Shown here in pieces: positions 19,763 through 29,650 of a stretch of DNA of 64,000 nucleotides. The stretch is taken from positions 66,118-130,117 of the forward strand of contig JANYGI010000026.1 of the NCBI GenBank assembly GCA_025362495.1, in the 5' to 3' direction. The DNA is from Byssovorax sp. (GTDB lineage: Bacteria; Myxococcota_A; Polyangia; Polyangiales; Polyangiaceae). Below the pieces are notes generated by a model. The model was not told where the DNA came from and searched no databases. It worked only from the letters and a program-made list of their open reading frames with translations. Position 1 is the first letter of the stretch, and each line of letters begins with the position of its first letter. A program made the position numbers and the translations under genes.

Positions 19763-20993
19763 GCGACGGGCCGCCGTCGCGGCCATCCTCGTGGTGTTCG
19801 CCGCGATCCTGCCCGCGTCGGCGCGCGCGCAGACGTTCGGCGGCATCGCGCTCGACAAGCTCGATCCGGCGCCTCCCGGCGACACGTTCACGGCGGTGCC
19901 GTCGCCGTTCGCCGCAGGGCACCTCGTCCCGCGCGGCCTCGCGCTCTTCGACTACGCGGCGCGCCCGCTCACGCTGGTGACGGCGTCGTCGTCGCGCCCC
20001 GTCGTCAGCGGCCAGGGCTTCCTCCACCTCGGCGCGTCGCTCGCGCTCTGGGATCGGCTCCTGCTCTCGGTGTCGCTGCCGATCGCGCTGGTGCAGAGCG
20101 GCGACGCGCCCACGGCCGGGCGCTTCACGTTCACGGCGCCGTCGTCGGCGCAGGTCGGTGATCTCCGCCTCGGCGCGCGGATCCGCGTCGCCGGCGACGA
20201 CGGCGGCCCGATCCAGCTCGGCGGCTCGGTCGACGTTCACGCGCCGACCGCGCCCGCGGGATCGTTCGCGGGTGAGCGCGCCGCCCGCCTCGCGCCGCGC
20301 CTGCTCGTGGGCGGCACGGTCGATCGCTTCGTGTGGACGGCGGCGGCCGGCTTCGACTTTCACGGCGATCCCAACCCGTCGACGTTCGCCTGGGGCGCGG
20401 CCGCCGGCGCGCGGCTCGGCGGCGATCGCGCGCAGCTCGGCGTGGAGATCACCGGCGCGACGCCGCTCTCGGCCTCGTTCTTCGATCTCGATCCGCAGAC
20501 GCGCGTGGCCCGCGGGCTGGTCTCCAGCGTCGAGCTCGCGATCGGCGGCAAGGTGCGCGTCGTCAGCCACCTGTTCTTCACCGTCGGCGCCGGCCCGGGG
20601 CTCACCGACGCCGTCGGAACGCCGACGTTCCGCGCTCTCGGCGGCCTCGCGTGGTCGCCGCCGGGGCCTTCGGTCGTCGCCGCGAACGAGGCCGCGCCCG
20701 ACGACACCGACGCCGATGGGATCGCCGATCGCGACGACGCGTGCCCCTACGCTCACGGCGTGAAGAGCGCCGATCGTCGGCGAAATGGCTGCCCGGTGCT
20801 CGACGCCGACGACGACGGGATCGACGATCGCGACGACGCGTGCCCCGCGCGCGCCGGCGTGAAGAGCGCCGACACGAAGCAGAACGGCTGCCCCGCCGAC
20901 ACCGACGGCGATGGCGTGCCCGACGGCCTCGACGGCTGCCCCACGGTCAAGGGCAGCGCCGCGACGAACGGCTGCCCGGCGCCTCCGAAATAG
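19755..20993 (+). CDS. Outer-membrane protein with C-terminal thrombospondin type-3 Ca-binding repeats
   Basis: Signal [12 protein letters not shown], beta-rich N-terminal domain, then three TSP3 repeats [30 protein letters not shown] and [15 protein letters not shown]. Its ATG overlaps the stop of the upstream gene by 8 nt. Confidence 0.7.
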   Translation: MRERRAAVAAILVVFAAILPASARAQTFGGIALDKLDPAPPGDTFTAVPSPFAAGHLVPRGLALFDYAARPLTLVTASSSRPVVSGQGFLHLGASLALWDRLLLSVSLPIALVQSGDAPTAGRFTFTAPSSAQVGDLRLGARIRVAGDDGGPIQLGGSVDVHAPTAPAGSFAGERAARLAPRLLVGGTVDRFVWTAAAGFDFHGDPNPSTFAWGAAAGARLGGDRAQLGVEITGATPLSASFFDLDPQTRVARGLVSSVELAIGGKVRVVSHLFFTVGAGPGLTDAVGTPTFRALGGLAWSPPGPSVVAANEAAPDDTDADGIADRDDACPYAHGVKSADRRRNGCPVLDADDDGIDDRDDACPARAGVKSADTKQNGCPADTDGDGVPDGLDGCPTVKGSAATNGCPAPPK

Positions 20994-20995
20994 CG

Positions 20996-22942
20996 TTACT
21001 TCGCGTGTCGAACGATCGCGCCGTCGGCCTTGTCGACGGAGCCTTCGTTGACCCAGAACACGGCGTCGGTCCCCACGACGATGGCCCCGGGGTTCCGCTG
21101 GTGGCTGGCGATCTCGGTGAGCGCGCCGCCCTTGAGGCGCATCACCGCGCCGCGCGTGCGGCTGGTCCAGTAGACGGCCGCGCCGTCGACCGCGATGCCG
21201 CCGGGATAGTCCTCGCCGTCGGCGAGACCCTTCGTCAAATCGGCGAGGCCGCTCCCGTCGGAGGACACCGAGAAGACGCCGCCGCCCGCGCTGTGATCAG
21301 CAAAGTTCGCGAAGTACACCGTCCCCGCGCCCGGGCTCCCGGCGGGGACGAGGGCGATCGCCCGCGGCGTGGACTGCATCTGCGCGACGGCGGTCGAGGT
21401 CGTCCCGTCGTTGCAGGCCACGACGCCGAGCTTGGATCCGAGCGTGTCCTCGTAGGTCCAGCAGCGGAGCCCGTTCGCGGCCACGACGCGACGGGGCGCG
21501 CCGGCGCTGGGGCTCGGCGCCATGAGCACCGTCGGCGGCGTTTTGTCGTAGGTCAGCATCATGTCGCTCACCGTGAGCGGGACCTGCGAGACCTGGTTCG
21601 ACGTGAGGTCGGTCCACACCATCGTCAGGCCGTCGAGCGCGAGGCCTTCGGGTCGAGCGAGCATGGGGATCAGCGGCGCCGCCGCGGGCTTCGCGAGCGG
21701 CGAGCTCATGATCGCGTTGCCCGACGCGCTGGTCCAGAACGCGTAGCCCTTGCTCGCGCTGATCACCAGATCGTGCGGCGAGGCTTGATCCTTCGCGAGG
21801 ATCTCGGCCTCTCCGCCGGTGGTCAGCGCGCGCTTCACGGCGCCGTCGCTCCGCGGGTTGCTGTTGGCGTCGAAGGTGCCGCGCGTGGTCCAGTAGACGC
21901 GGCTCGTGCCGTTGATCTCCTCGAGGCCGAGCGCGACGGGGTTCTGCTGGCTCGACGCGACGACGAGGGGCGCGGTGGTGCTCGGCGCGACGTATTTCCC
22001 CGCCGACGAGAACGGCCCGCAGATCGGGAGCGAGGCCTGCTTGCGCGCGCACGGGCTCTTGCCCGCGGCGACGGTGACGACGGCGCCGAGGGCGTGGCTC
22101 TTGAGCTTCTCGCACACCGCGGGCGGGAGCCGGAGCGCGCCGTTCTTGTCCGGCTGCCAGCCGGCGTCGCTCTCGGCGTCGAGCGGCACGAAGCACCCGG
22201 ACGGCCCGCAGCTGCCCGCGCCTTGCGTCAGGAGCGCGACGTTGACGTCGTTGCCCGCCTGGATCGTGCAGTTGCCAGTGTTGACGTCGGCGATCGTCGC
22301 GTCGTCGAAGCAGCTCGCGGCGTCGAAGCAGTCGCCGTCCTGGTTGCCGGTGCCGCCGCCGAACACGAGGCCGCCGCTGTAGTCCGCGAGCGACACCTCG
22401 GGGAGATTGACGTCGACGCATTTGCCCGCCGAGCACGTCATCCCGTCGTCGCAGGTGCTCTTGAAAACGAGGTTGCCCTCCTTGTCGGTGATCGGCTTGC
22501 CGGTGGTCGCGTCGGTCACCACCACGGCCGTGCCGTCGCAGAGGAACTCGATCGGGATGGGCAGCGTCGCGGCGCGATCGGTCGGCACCGTGGTCACCAC
22601 TTCGCGGATCATCCGCGGGGATCCGTCGCCGTGCAGCGCGAGGACGCGCACGCGCACCGCGGCCCCGGGATCGGTCTTCGACGCCGTCAGCGCCAGCGTG
22701 GCGGGGAGCTTGAACGTGTGGTCCGGCTGGAGCGCGTCGTACTCGACGTTGAACTTCGACTCGCCCGACTTCGCCAGCGTGACGTCGACGATGATCCGAT
22801 CGACGTCCTTGGGGATGGCGATGTCGGTGCGGATCGCGATCACGATCTCGCCGACCGGCGCCGTGGAGCACGAGGAGACCAGGGGCAGCGCCGCGAGGAG
22901 CGCGAGCGTGCCGAGCGTGCCGTGGGATCGCATCGTTCTCAT
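20996..22942 (-). CDS. Lipoprotein, hypothetical (beta-propeller-like)
   Basis: Signal/lipobox LAALPLVSSCS. Cys-rich central region, recurring YWT/FWT/VYW motifs suggest a propeller fold. No catalytic motif seen. Confidence 0.55.
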   Translation of the reverse strand: MRTMRSHGTLGTLALLAALPLVSSCSTAPVGEIVIAIRTDIAIPKDVDRIIVDVTLAKSGESKFNVEYDALQPDHTFKLPATLALTASKTDPGAAVRVRVLALHGDGSPRMIREVVTTVPTDRAATLPIPIEFLCDGTAVVVTDATTGKPITDKEGNLVFKSTCDDGMTCSAGKCVDVNLPEVSLADYSGGLVFGGGTGNQDGDCFDAASCFDDATIADVNTGNCTIQAGNDVNVALLTQGAGSCGPSGCFVPLDAESDAGWQPDKNGALRLPPAVCEKLKSHALGAVVTVAAGKSPCARKQASLPICGPFSSAGKYVAPSTTAPLVVASSQQNPVALGLEEINGTSRVYWTTRGTFDANSNPRSDGAVKRALTTGGEAEILAKDQASPHDLVISASKGYAFWTSASGNAIMSSPLAKPAAAPLIPMLARPEGLALDGLTMVWTDLTSNQVSQVPLTVSDMMLTYDKTPPTVLMAPSPSAGAPRRVVAANGLRCWTYEDTLGSKLGVVACNDGTTSTAVAQMQSTPRAIALVPAGSPGAGTVYFANFADHSAGGGVFSVSSDGSGLADLTKGLADGEDYPGGIAVDGAAVYWTSRTRGAVMRLKGGALTEIASHQRNPGAIVVGTDAVFWVNEGSVDKADGAIVRHAK

Positions 22943-23925
22943 CGTCGACCTCCGAACGAGAGTGAATAGGTTCCGAGCGTGCCGTCGATGGTGGGCCGCG
23001 CCTCGGGCTTGAAGAGGAACGCGCCGCCGACGATCGCGCCGCCCACGAGGACCGCGCCGCCCGCGATCCAGAGCACTTTCGAGAGGTTCGAGGCCTTGGG
23101 AAGCGGGGCCAGCGTCACCAGGATTTCGCGCGATTTATCGTCCTGCACGAGCACCTCGGACTGGTAGATCGACATGCCCGGGGCCGTGACGCGGAGCGTG
23201 TGTCCGCCGCTCGGCAGGGCGCCGTCCCACTTGCCCTGCGCCACCGCCTTGCCGTCGACGGCGATCAGATCCGCGGGCCCGGCGGTGACGGCGACGCGGC
23301 CCTGATGGAGATCTTTCTCGAGGGTCGCGGTCAGCGTCAGCTCCGTCCCGCCAGCGACGTCGAGGGCGCGATCGAAGGGCTTCCAGCCCGCCTTTTGCAC
23401 GTGGATCTTGCGCTTGCCGAGGTCGAGCCACACCACGTTCGCGAGCGGCGACGTACCCACCGACGCGTCGTCGACGAGGATCTCCGCGCCGGGCTCCGTC
23501 ACCGTGACGCGGAGGGCGCTGACGAGCGGCTTCGCGGCCGCGGCGAGGTCGCTGGCTTCCTGGCGGTCGGCGGCCGAGATCACCGAGCCGGCCTCGACGA
23601 GATACCGATCGAGCGTGGTGAGGACGCGGGTGTAGTGGCGGAGGTTCTTCTCGCAGACGGCGATGTTCCAGAGCAGCCGACCGTCGTGCGACAGCTCGTA
23701 CACGCGCTGGAATTTGATCATCGCGTTCTGGTAGTCGCCGTCCTGGTAGAGCAATTTACCGGCCTCGTACTCGGCGCGGGCCATGCCCGTGAGCGACGCC
23801 GAGAGGGGCGCTGCGGCCGCGGCCCGCGCGGGCGCACCCTGCGCGAGCGCCGGCGCGGGCGTCGCCGCGAGGACCAGCGCGAGGCCCATCGCAGGGCGCC
23901 AGAATGATCTGTGGCTCGGTCGCAT
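22939..23925 (-). CDS. Secreted TPR-like plus PEGA-domain protein with C-terminal TM anchor
   Basis: Signal peptide, a TPR-like helical stretch (AEYEAGKLLYQDGDYQNAMIKFQRVYELS), two PEGA-like beta modules (PGAEILVDDASVGTSPL and TAGPADLIAVDGK) and TM VLWIAGGAVLVGGAIVGGAFLF. Overlaps the downstream gene by 4 nt. Confidence 0.6.
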   Translation of the reverse strand: MRPSHRSFWRPAMGLALVLAATPAPALAQGAPARAAAAAPLSASLTGMARAEYEAGKLLYQDGDYQNAMIKFQRVYELSHDGRLLWNIAVCEKNLRHYTRVLTTLDRYLVEAGSVISAADRQEASDLAAAAKPLVSALRVTVTEPGAEILVDDASVGTSPLANVVWLDLGKRKIHVQKAGWKPFDRALDVAGGTELTLTATLEKDLHQGRVAVTAGPADLIAVDGKAVAQGKWDGALPSGGHTLRVTAPGMSIYQSEVLVQDDKSREILVTLAPLPKASNLSKVLWIAGGAVLVGGAIVGGAFLFKPEARPTIDGTLGTYSLSFGGRR

Positions 23926-23941
23926 CGTCGAGCTTTCCTCG

Positions 23942-25468
23942 CTACTTGATCGTGACGTCGAACGGACTCTTCTTGACGGTCGCCGTGGGCGGCGGCGTGA
24001 CCGCGACGGGCGGCGGTGACGCGACCGTCGGGGGGCGCGCGACCGCGCTCGAGCTCGATCGCGGAGCGGCGCTCGATCGCGGCGCGGTGATCGCCGGCGG
24101 GAGCGCGGCGGAGACGGCCACGTCGGGGATGGGATCGACGGCCGGATCTCGCGTGGGCGCCGTGGTCGTGGGCGCCGCGGTCGCGGCGATCAGCGGTGAG
24201 GCGCTGGTCATCGTCGACGGCGGAGCTTGCCCGTGCGAGGCCGCGCCGCCGGGGCGCACCAGGGCGAAGATGCCGATCAGGACGCCGGCGACGCCCATCG
24301 CCGCGCCGGCGGCGACGAGGCGGCGATCGCGCGGCGCGGCCTGCTCCGCCGTGGTGTCGGCGACGCTGGTGATCGACGCGGCCGCCGTCGAGCTTCCGGG
24401 ATCGAGGCTGCTCGCGCCGCGCGCCGACGCCGCGCCCCGGAGAGCGCTCTCGGGCCCGAGCCCGGTGCTCATCGTCCGGACGATCCGTCGCGCCGCAGCG
24501 GCGGCCTCGGGGTAGCCGAAGGGCGCGATCGCCTCGGCGAGATCGGCAACCGAGGCGAAGCGGGCGTCCCGCTTTTTTTCGAAGCAACGGAACGTCGCCG
24601 CCTCGAGCCCGGAGGGCACGTCGCTCCGACGCTTCGAGAGCGCGATCGGCGTCTGCATGTTCACCGCGAGGACGAGATCCGGGTACGTCTCGCCGTCGAA
24701 CGGGATCACCCCGGCGAGCAGCTCGTAGAGGATCACGCCGAGCGACCAGATGTCGGAGCGCGCGTCGGCGTCGCGGGCCGATCGCATCTGCTCGGGCGAC
24801 ATGTACGCCGGCGATCCGAACACCGTCGTCGTCCCGGTGAGCTTCTTCGCCGGCGCGCCGTCGTCGGGCTCGATCGATTTAGAGATGCCGAAGTCGAGCA
24901 CTTTGATCGAGTCCGAGCCGTCGGGAGCGCGGGTCAAGAAGAGGTTCGCGGGCTTGAGATCGCGGTGAATGATCCCCGCGGCGTGGGCCTCGGCGATGGC
25001 CTCGCAGGCGTGGAGCAGGTACTCGACCGCGTCTTTCACGGGGAGGGCGCCGCGCCGGTGGACGATCTCCGAGAGATCGCTCCCTTCGAGGTAATCCATC
25101 ACCATGAAGGGCACGCCGTCCTCGGTCTCGCCGACGTCGATGACCCGGGCCACGTGCTCGCTGCGGAGGCGGACCAGAGCGCGCGCCTCGCGGAGGAAGC
25201 GCTCGACGGCCTCGTCGTTGATGACCTCGCGGCGCATCAGCTTCACAGCCACGCGCTGGCCGAGCTGGAGGTGCGTCGCGGCGATGACCACGCCCATGCC
25301 GCCTTCGCCGAGGACGCGCTCCACGCGGTACTTTCCGGCGAGCAGATCCCCCGACTTCGGAGCGTCGGGTGTCATTCGGGGGTTCTCCACGGGGATCGCG
25401 TCATGCCGCTCCAGGCTCGGTCGCTGCGGGGGGATGGTAGAGCGCCGGACGCCGCGATCGTTCGACAA
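23942..25468 (-). CDS. Ser/Thr protein kinase, membrane-anchored, with Pro-rich extracytoplasmic tail
   Basis: Kinase subdomains VLGEGGMGVV, AVK, HRDLKPANLFL, DFGISK, APE. A TM helix LVAAGAAMGVAGVLIGIFALV follows a Pro/Ala-rich linker. An alternative start exists at 25375 (MTPDAPK). Confidence 0.85.
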   Translation of the reverse strand: MSNDRGVRRSTIPPQRPSLERHDAIPVENPRMTPDAPKSGDLLAGKYRVERVLGEGGMGVVIAATHLQLGQRVAVKLMRREVINDEAVERFLREARALVRLRSEHVARVIDVGETEDGVPFMVMDYLEGSDLSEIVHRRGALPVKDAVEYLLHACEAIAEAHAAGIIHRDLKPANLFLTRAPDGSDSIKVLDFGISKSIEPDDGAPAKKLTGTTTVFGSPAYMSPEQMRSARDADARSDIWSLGVILYELLAGVIPFDGETYPDLVLAVNMQTPIALSKRRSDVPSGLEAATFRCFEKKRDARFASVADLAEAIAPFGYPEAAAAARRIVRTMSTGLGPESALRGAASARGASSLDPGSSTAAASITSVADTTAEQAAPRDRRLVAAGAAMGVAGVLIGIFALVRPGGAASHGQAPPSTMTSASPLIAATAAPTTTAPTRDPAVDPIPDVAVSAALPPAITAPRSSAAPRSSSSAVARPPTVASPPPVAVTPPPTATVKKSPFDVTIK

Positions 25469-25537
25469 AATGCGCCCGACCTCGCCGGTGTCGGGAGCGT
25501 CACCGCCCCTCGCGCCCGCGCTCCCGCCTCCAACGCG

Positions 25538-26809
25538 TCAGCGCACGATCCGGCCCGCCACCATCGCACGATCGAGCGTTTCGTCCTCGAGATCGCCGTA
25601 GATCGCGTCGCGCAGGGCGGTGCGAACGTCCTGGTTCACGCACGTTTCCACGGCGATCCGCAGGCGGAGGGCCGTCTCGGGGTCCACGCCGCGCGGGAGG
25701 GTGTGCTCGCCGGGGCGCCCGCCCTCGGTGAGGGCCAGCGCCGCGCCGATGCGGAGCTCCCCCGGGGCGTGGCCGTCCTCGAGCACGGCCAGCGCTTGCT
25801 CTTTCGGCAGCATCGCCGTCCGGTAGCCGCCCGAGGCCTCGCTCACGAGCTCGGAAAGCGCGAGCCGCCAGGCCCGCACCGTCCTGCCGCGCCGCTCGAG
25901 CAACGCGGCCGCGCGCACCAGCTCCGGGCCGTCGGGGAGCATCCCTTCCTGCAGTAGCTGGAGGAGCCGGTCGCGTCGCCACGCGGAGAGCTGCGGCGTG
26001 AGCGATCCCGCCGGCACGTCGGCCCGCGGCACCGGGAGGATCTCGACGGCGACCCGCTCGTCGCCGATCAGCGTCAAGGTCGCGCCGGCGTCGGTGGCCT
26101 CGACGCGATCGATGGCGCCGAAGGCGATGAAGCGATCGGTTCCCCCGTATTTCAGGGCGATCCCGTCCTTGCCGACCACGATCGATCCGATGATGCCCGG
26201 CTTCGCGGCGCCCGCGGCGAGGACCCGCGCGCTGCCGCCGAGGAGCCCGGCGATGGCCGCCGCGAGATCGAGATCGACGAACGGCACCGCCAGCACGAAG
26301 CCCACGACGGCCGCGACGAGCGCGGTGAGCCACGGCCACTCGACCCAGCGCGCCGCGGGCGTCCGCTTGTGCAGGCTCGCCAGCCACGTGCCGTGGACCT
26401 TGCTCGTGGCGAGCTCGCGCACGATGGCCTCGCCCTCCGCGTGGCCGCTCACCTTGGTGCGGATCACGTCGCCGTCGCGGGTGCGGATCTCGAGCTCGTC
26501 GTCGATCAGTGACAGCGCCGCGCTCGTCACCGTCACCAGCGGGAGCACGGTCTCGAGGCCGGGTTCGCCGACGATCAGGCCATCGTCGACGTGGAGCGAT
26601 CCTTCGTGGAATCGCGCCAGGACCGCGCTCAGCCAGAGCAGCGGCGCGCCCACGGCGCAGAGGCTGACGACCACGACGAGGCCGAGCGACACCAGCAGGA
26701 ACGGGATCGCGAGCACCACGGCACCCGTCGTGAAGCTGGCGACGAGGACCCTGGTGATCGCTGCCATCAGCGCCAGGCCCGTGAGGCACCAGGCCGCGCC
26801 CTTGAGCAT
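25538..26809 (-). CDS. Integral membrane protein, hypothetical
   Basis: Start taken at MLKGAAWCL (26809). Four N-terminal TM helices then a soluble domain. It is the first gene of the minus-strand operon ending in the STK, PEGA and lipoprotein genes. Confidence 0.5.
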   Translation of the reverse strand: MLKGAAWCLTGLALMAAITRVLVASFTTGAVVLAIPFLLVSLGLVVVVSLCAVGAPLLWLSAVLARFHEGSLHVDDGLIVGEPGLETVLPLVTVTSAALSLIDDELEIRTRDGDVIRTKVSGHAEGEAIVRELATSKVHGTWLASLHKRTPAARWVEWPWLTALVAAVVGFVLAVPFVDLDLAAAIAGLLGGSARVLAAGAAKPGIIGSIVVGKDGIALKYGGTDRFIAFGAIDRVEATDAGATLTLIGDERVAVEILPVPRADVPAGSLTPQLSAWRRDRLLQLLQEGMLPDGPELVRAAALLERRGRTVRAWRLALSELVSEASGGYRTAMLPKEQALAVLEDGHAPGELRIGAALALTEGGRPGEHTLPRGVDPETALRLRIAVETCVNQDVRTALRDAIYGDLEDETLDRAMVAGRIVR

Positions 26810-26933
26810 GTCGCGCGGGCCGCCGAACCGTTGCACGCAGATCCGACGTGAGCCCCGGGCAGCGGCGGGAGAGGGAGGTGGCACGGCGTTGGCGCTCAGG
26901 ATGCCGGGACCGCGTCGCGCAGGCAAGCGCGTC

Positions 26934-27806
26934 TCAACCGGGGCTGCGGGCGGGGCTCCCGGGCAGCGCAGCATACGAGCCGAGGAGGCGCACCGTGGTC
27001 GCGCGCACGCCGATCTCGCGGATCGCGTCGCCGAGCGCCGGATCGGCCGCGTCGCCGACGAGATCGATGAAGAAGGCATACTCGAACGGCCTCCCGCGCA
27101 GAGGCCGGCTCTCGATCTTGCTGAGATCGATCGCCCGCTCGGCGAACACGTTGAGCGCCGCCGCGAGCGTCCCTGGCCGGTGCGCGAGGGTGACGATCAG
27201 CGACGTCTTGCGCTCCGCGCTCCAGGCGCCCGCGGGCGGCGAGGCGCCCACCTGCGCCACGAGGAGAAAGCGGGTGAAGTTCTGCGGGTGATCTTCCAGC
27301 TCGCGGAGGAGCACCGCGCCGCCGTGGACGTCGGCGGCGCGGCTCGACGCGATCGCGGCGGCGTCGCCTGTGTTCGCGAGGACAACGTCGCGGGCGGCGC
27401 CGGCGGTGTTGTAGGCCGCGACGGCCTCGATCTGCGGGTTCTTCCGGAAGAAATCCTCGCACTGGGCCAGCGCGACGGGGTGCGAGAGCACGCGGCGGAT
27501 GGCCTCGAAATGGACGCCGCGCGGGGCGATCAGCGCGTGCGAGACGCGGAGGACGACCTCACCCACGAGGCCGAGCGGGCGCGCCGCCAGCAGGTCGTAG
27601 CTGGGCAGCACCGGGCCCGCGAGCGAGTTCTCGATCGGCAGCGCCCCGAAGCGAGCCGCGCCGCTCTCGACGGCGTCGAACACCTCTTCGAGGCGATGGC
27701 AGGGCAGGGTGCGCGCCGCGGCGCCTCCGAACGCGAGGGCGGCCTCCTCGGCGAAGGCGGCGGCGACCCCTTGAAACGCGACGTCGTGGCGAGCGATTGC
27801 GTCCAT
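26934..27806 (-). CDS. pheA: Prephenate dehydratase (PDT plus ACT domains)
   Basis: PDT domain with FGALPIENSLAGPV and TRF motifs, followed by an ACT domain with ESRP. Start at MDAIARHDV (27806). Confidence 0.8.
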   Translation of the reverse strand: MDAIARHDVAFQGVAAAFAEEAALAFGGAAARTLPCHRLEEVFDAVESGAARFGALPIENSLAGPVLPSYDLLAARPLGLVGEVVLRVSHALIAPRGVHFEAIRRVLSHPVALAQCEDFFRKNPQIEAVAAYNTAGAARDVVLANTGDAAAIASSRAADVHGGAVLLRELEDHPQNFTRFLLVAQVGASPPAGAWSAERKTSLIVTLAHRPGTLAAALNVFAERAIDLSKIESRPLRGRPFEYAFFIDLVGDAADPALGDAIREIGVRATTVRLLGSYAALPGSPARSPG

Positions 27807-27956
27807 GTCGTGGCTTTGCTCCCCGGAGAATTGACGGCGGCGACGCGGGCCAAGTAGCATTTCGATCCGCTGTTTGCCGGCAAATAGCTTCACCCCGGCC
27901 CGGGCGCCGGAGGTCGATCGTCGGGGCCGCCCCGATCGATCCGCCAGGTCGGATCC

Positions 27957-28742
27957 ATGAACGCGACGCGCTACTCCTTCAGCCTGGCCCACGGGCCTTC
28001 AATCACCGTCCGCGCGACGCTGGGCGATCTCCCGTTCTACCGGGGCCGAGGGGCGGAGTCCGCCGCGCTGACGGGGCCGGCGAACCACCTTTTGCGGCCC
28101 GGCGACAATGTCCTCACGCTCGACATCGAGGCGCCTCGCGGCGGCGCTCGGGCGGACGAGCCGCCGCACCTGGCGTTCACGCTGCGCGTCGACGACGAGG
28201 CCGACACGCTGGTCCACGCGGTGAGCGCCGCAGCGCTCTGGGCAGAGCTGCCGCCCGAGCGACGGAAGCTGCCCTGGAAGCACGTCTCGCACTTCCACGC
28301 GGACTCTCGCCTCGGCCGACCGGGCTTCGCGGACTCGCCCCGCGCCCGCTTCAAGAACGACGGCACGGCCGAGCAAAAAGAGGCGGTGCGCGAGGTGTAC
28401 CGGGCCTTCGAATCCGGCGACGCGCAGGCGTTTCTCCGGGCGATCAAGCTCGAGCTCGAGGAGCGGCAGCGGGCCTATCCCGGCGCGGTGGAGCACTCGG
28501 CCGCGCGGCGGCGCGAGCTGATCGCGGCGCGGTTCGCGAAGCGGTGGCGGATCCGGCCTATCGATCTGCGAAGCCTGAAGGAGCTGTCGTTCGAGAGCCG
28601 CCTGGAAGGGCGAGTGGCCTTCGTGACCCGGCGCGACGGCGGCGCCGCGATCGAGGCAGTGGCGGCCGACGATCCGGGCAACCGCGTCGAGATGGATCTG
28701 CTGCTGATGCGCAAAGGCTCCTCCTGGCGGGTGTTCCGCTAG
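27957..28742 (+). CDS. Hypothetical protein with NTF2/SnoaL-like C-terminal domain
   Basis: AVREVYRAFESGDAQAFLRAI pattern typical of NTF2-like folds. Good coding statistics. Confidence 0.45.
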   Translation: MNATRYSFSLAHGPSITVRATLGDLPFYRGRGAESAALTGPANHLLRPGDNVLTLDIEAPRGGARADEPPHLAFTLRVDDEADTLVHAVSAAALWAELPPERRKLPWKHVSHFHADSRLGRPGFADSPRARFKNDGTAEQKEAVREVYRAFESGDAQAFLRAIKLELEERQRAYPGAVEHSAARRRELIAARFAKRWRIRPIDLRSLKELSFESRLEGRVAFVTRRDGGAAIEAVAADDPGNRVEMDLLLMRKGSSWRVFR

Positions 28743-28969
28743 GGCGTCTCCACGACAGGCACGCTGTCGAGACTGCCCTCCATCCTCCACAGCTCGTGGA
28801 CGATCGTCGCCCCGCTGGCCCGGAGCGCGTCGACGAGCGCGCGATCGCGGTCAATCGAGAAATCGAGGGTCGATGGCCCGTCGGGCAGCGCCGCTTGGTG
28901 GAGCGCGTCGAGGAGCCGACTCGCGAGCTCCGGCCGGGTGAGGCGGAAGCTGTGCGCGGTCGAGGTCAC
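28739..28969 (-). CDS. Small hypothetical protein (76 aa)
   Basis: GC3 is about 85% and composition is balanced (few Arg). No recognisable motif. Confidence 0.3.
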   Translation of the reverse strand: MTSTAHSFRLTRPELASRLLDALHQAALPDGPSTLDFSIDRDRALVDALRASGATIVHELWRMEGSLDSVPVVETP

Positions 28970-29122
28970 CGGATCGTCGCGAAATCGTCGGCTGTCGGCG
29001 TCGGATCGTGGACGCCCAGCTCGAGGAAGAGGCGCGCGAAGATCGGGTGATCGGCGAGCGTCGCGGGACGCACGGTGAACGGCGTGCTCATGTGCGGCCT
29101 CGCGATTCCCCCCGGAGCCCCG

Positions 29123-29533
29123 TCACGGCGAGGGATCCACGGTGTACTCGAAGTCGTACGAGTGCTTCCCGTCGGCGATGAGGATGCTCATCGTCCCCGC
29201 GAGGCCGGCGAGCTCGCTGGTGCCCGAGTCGGGGACGACCGAGATGACGAGCCCTGCTTTGCCGCGGTTCATCGTGCCCGAGTGCTGGAGCGCGAAGGTG
29301 CCAGTCTTGCCGTCGAGAGTGCCAGTCACGCGCTCGAGGGCCACGTAGCCCGCCGAGGCCGGGATCTCGGTGCGCACGGCGAGCATCTGCCCTTTGCTCG
29401 TGGCCTCGAGGTCGCCCGAGAACGTCTTGTCGAGTGCCATTCTGCCGACCGTCGGATCGCCGACGCCGGCCTCCGGCGCCTGGGGGACGATCTTGACCTC
29501 GAATGTTCCGCGCGCGCGCTTCGACATGGACAT
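29123..29533 (-). CDS. DUF3224-like small protein
   Basis: [12 protein letters not shown]...[10 protein letters not shown] pattern resembles the DUF3224 family. Start taken at MSMSK. Confidence 0.45.
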   Translation of the reverse strand: MSMSKRARGTFEVKIVPQAPEAGVGDPTVGRMALDKTFSGDLEATSKGQMLAVRTEIPASAGYVALERVTGTLDGKTGTFALQHSGTMNRGKAGLVISVVPDSGTSELAGLAGTMSILIADGKHSYDFEYTVDPSP

Positions 29534-29650
29534 CGCCCCGGCGGTACCGGCGGCCGCCGCGCGCGTCAAGGCTCGGAGTCCTCGGGAGCTCCGCCCGCCT
29601 CCAGCTCGATGTCTATCTCCATCTCCATCCGAGCCGGCGTCGAGGCGGCA

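Noticed and set aside
25998-27857. 619-aa + strand ORF over the membrane-protein and pheA region
   Set aside because: Ser/Thr/Arg/Ala-rich composition with no motifs. The minus-strand genes carry TM helices and PDT/ACT motifs.
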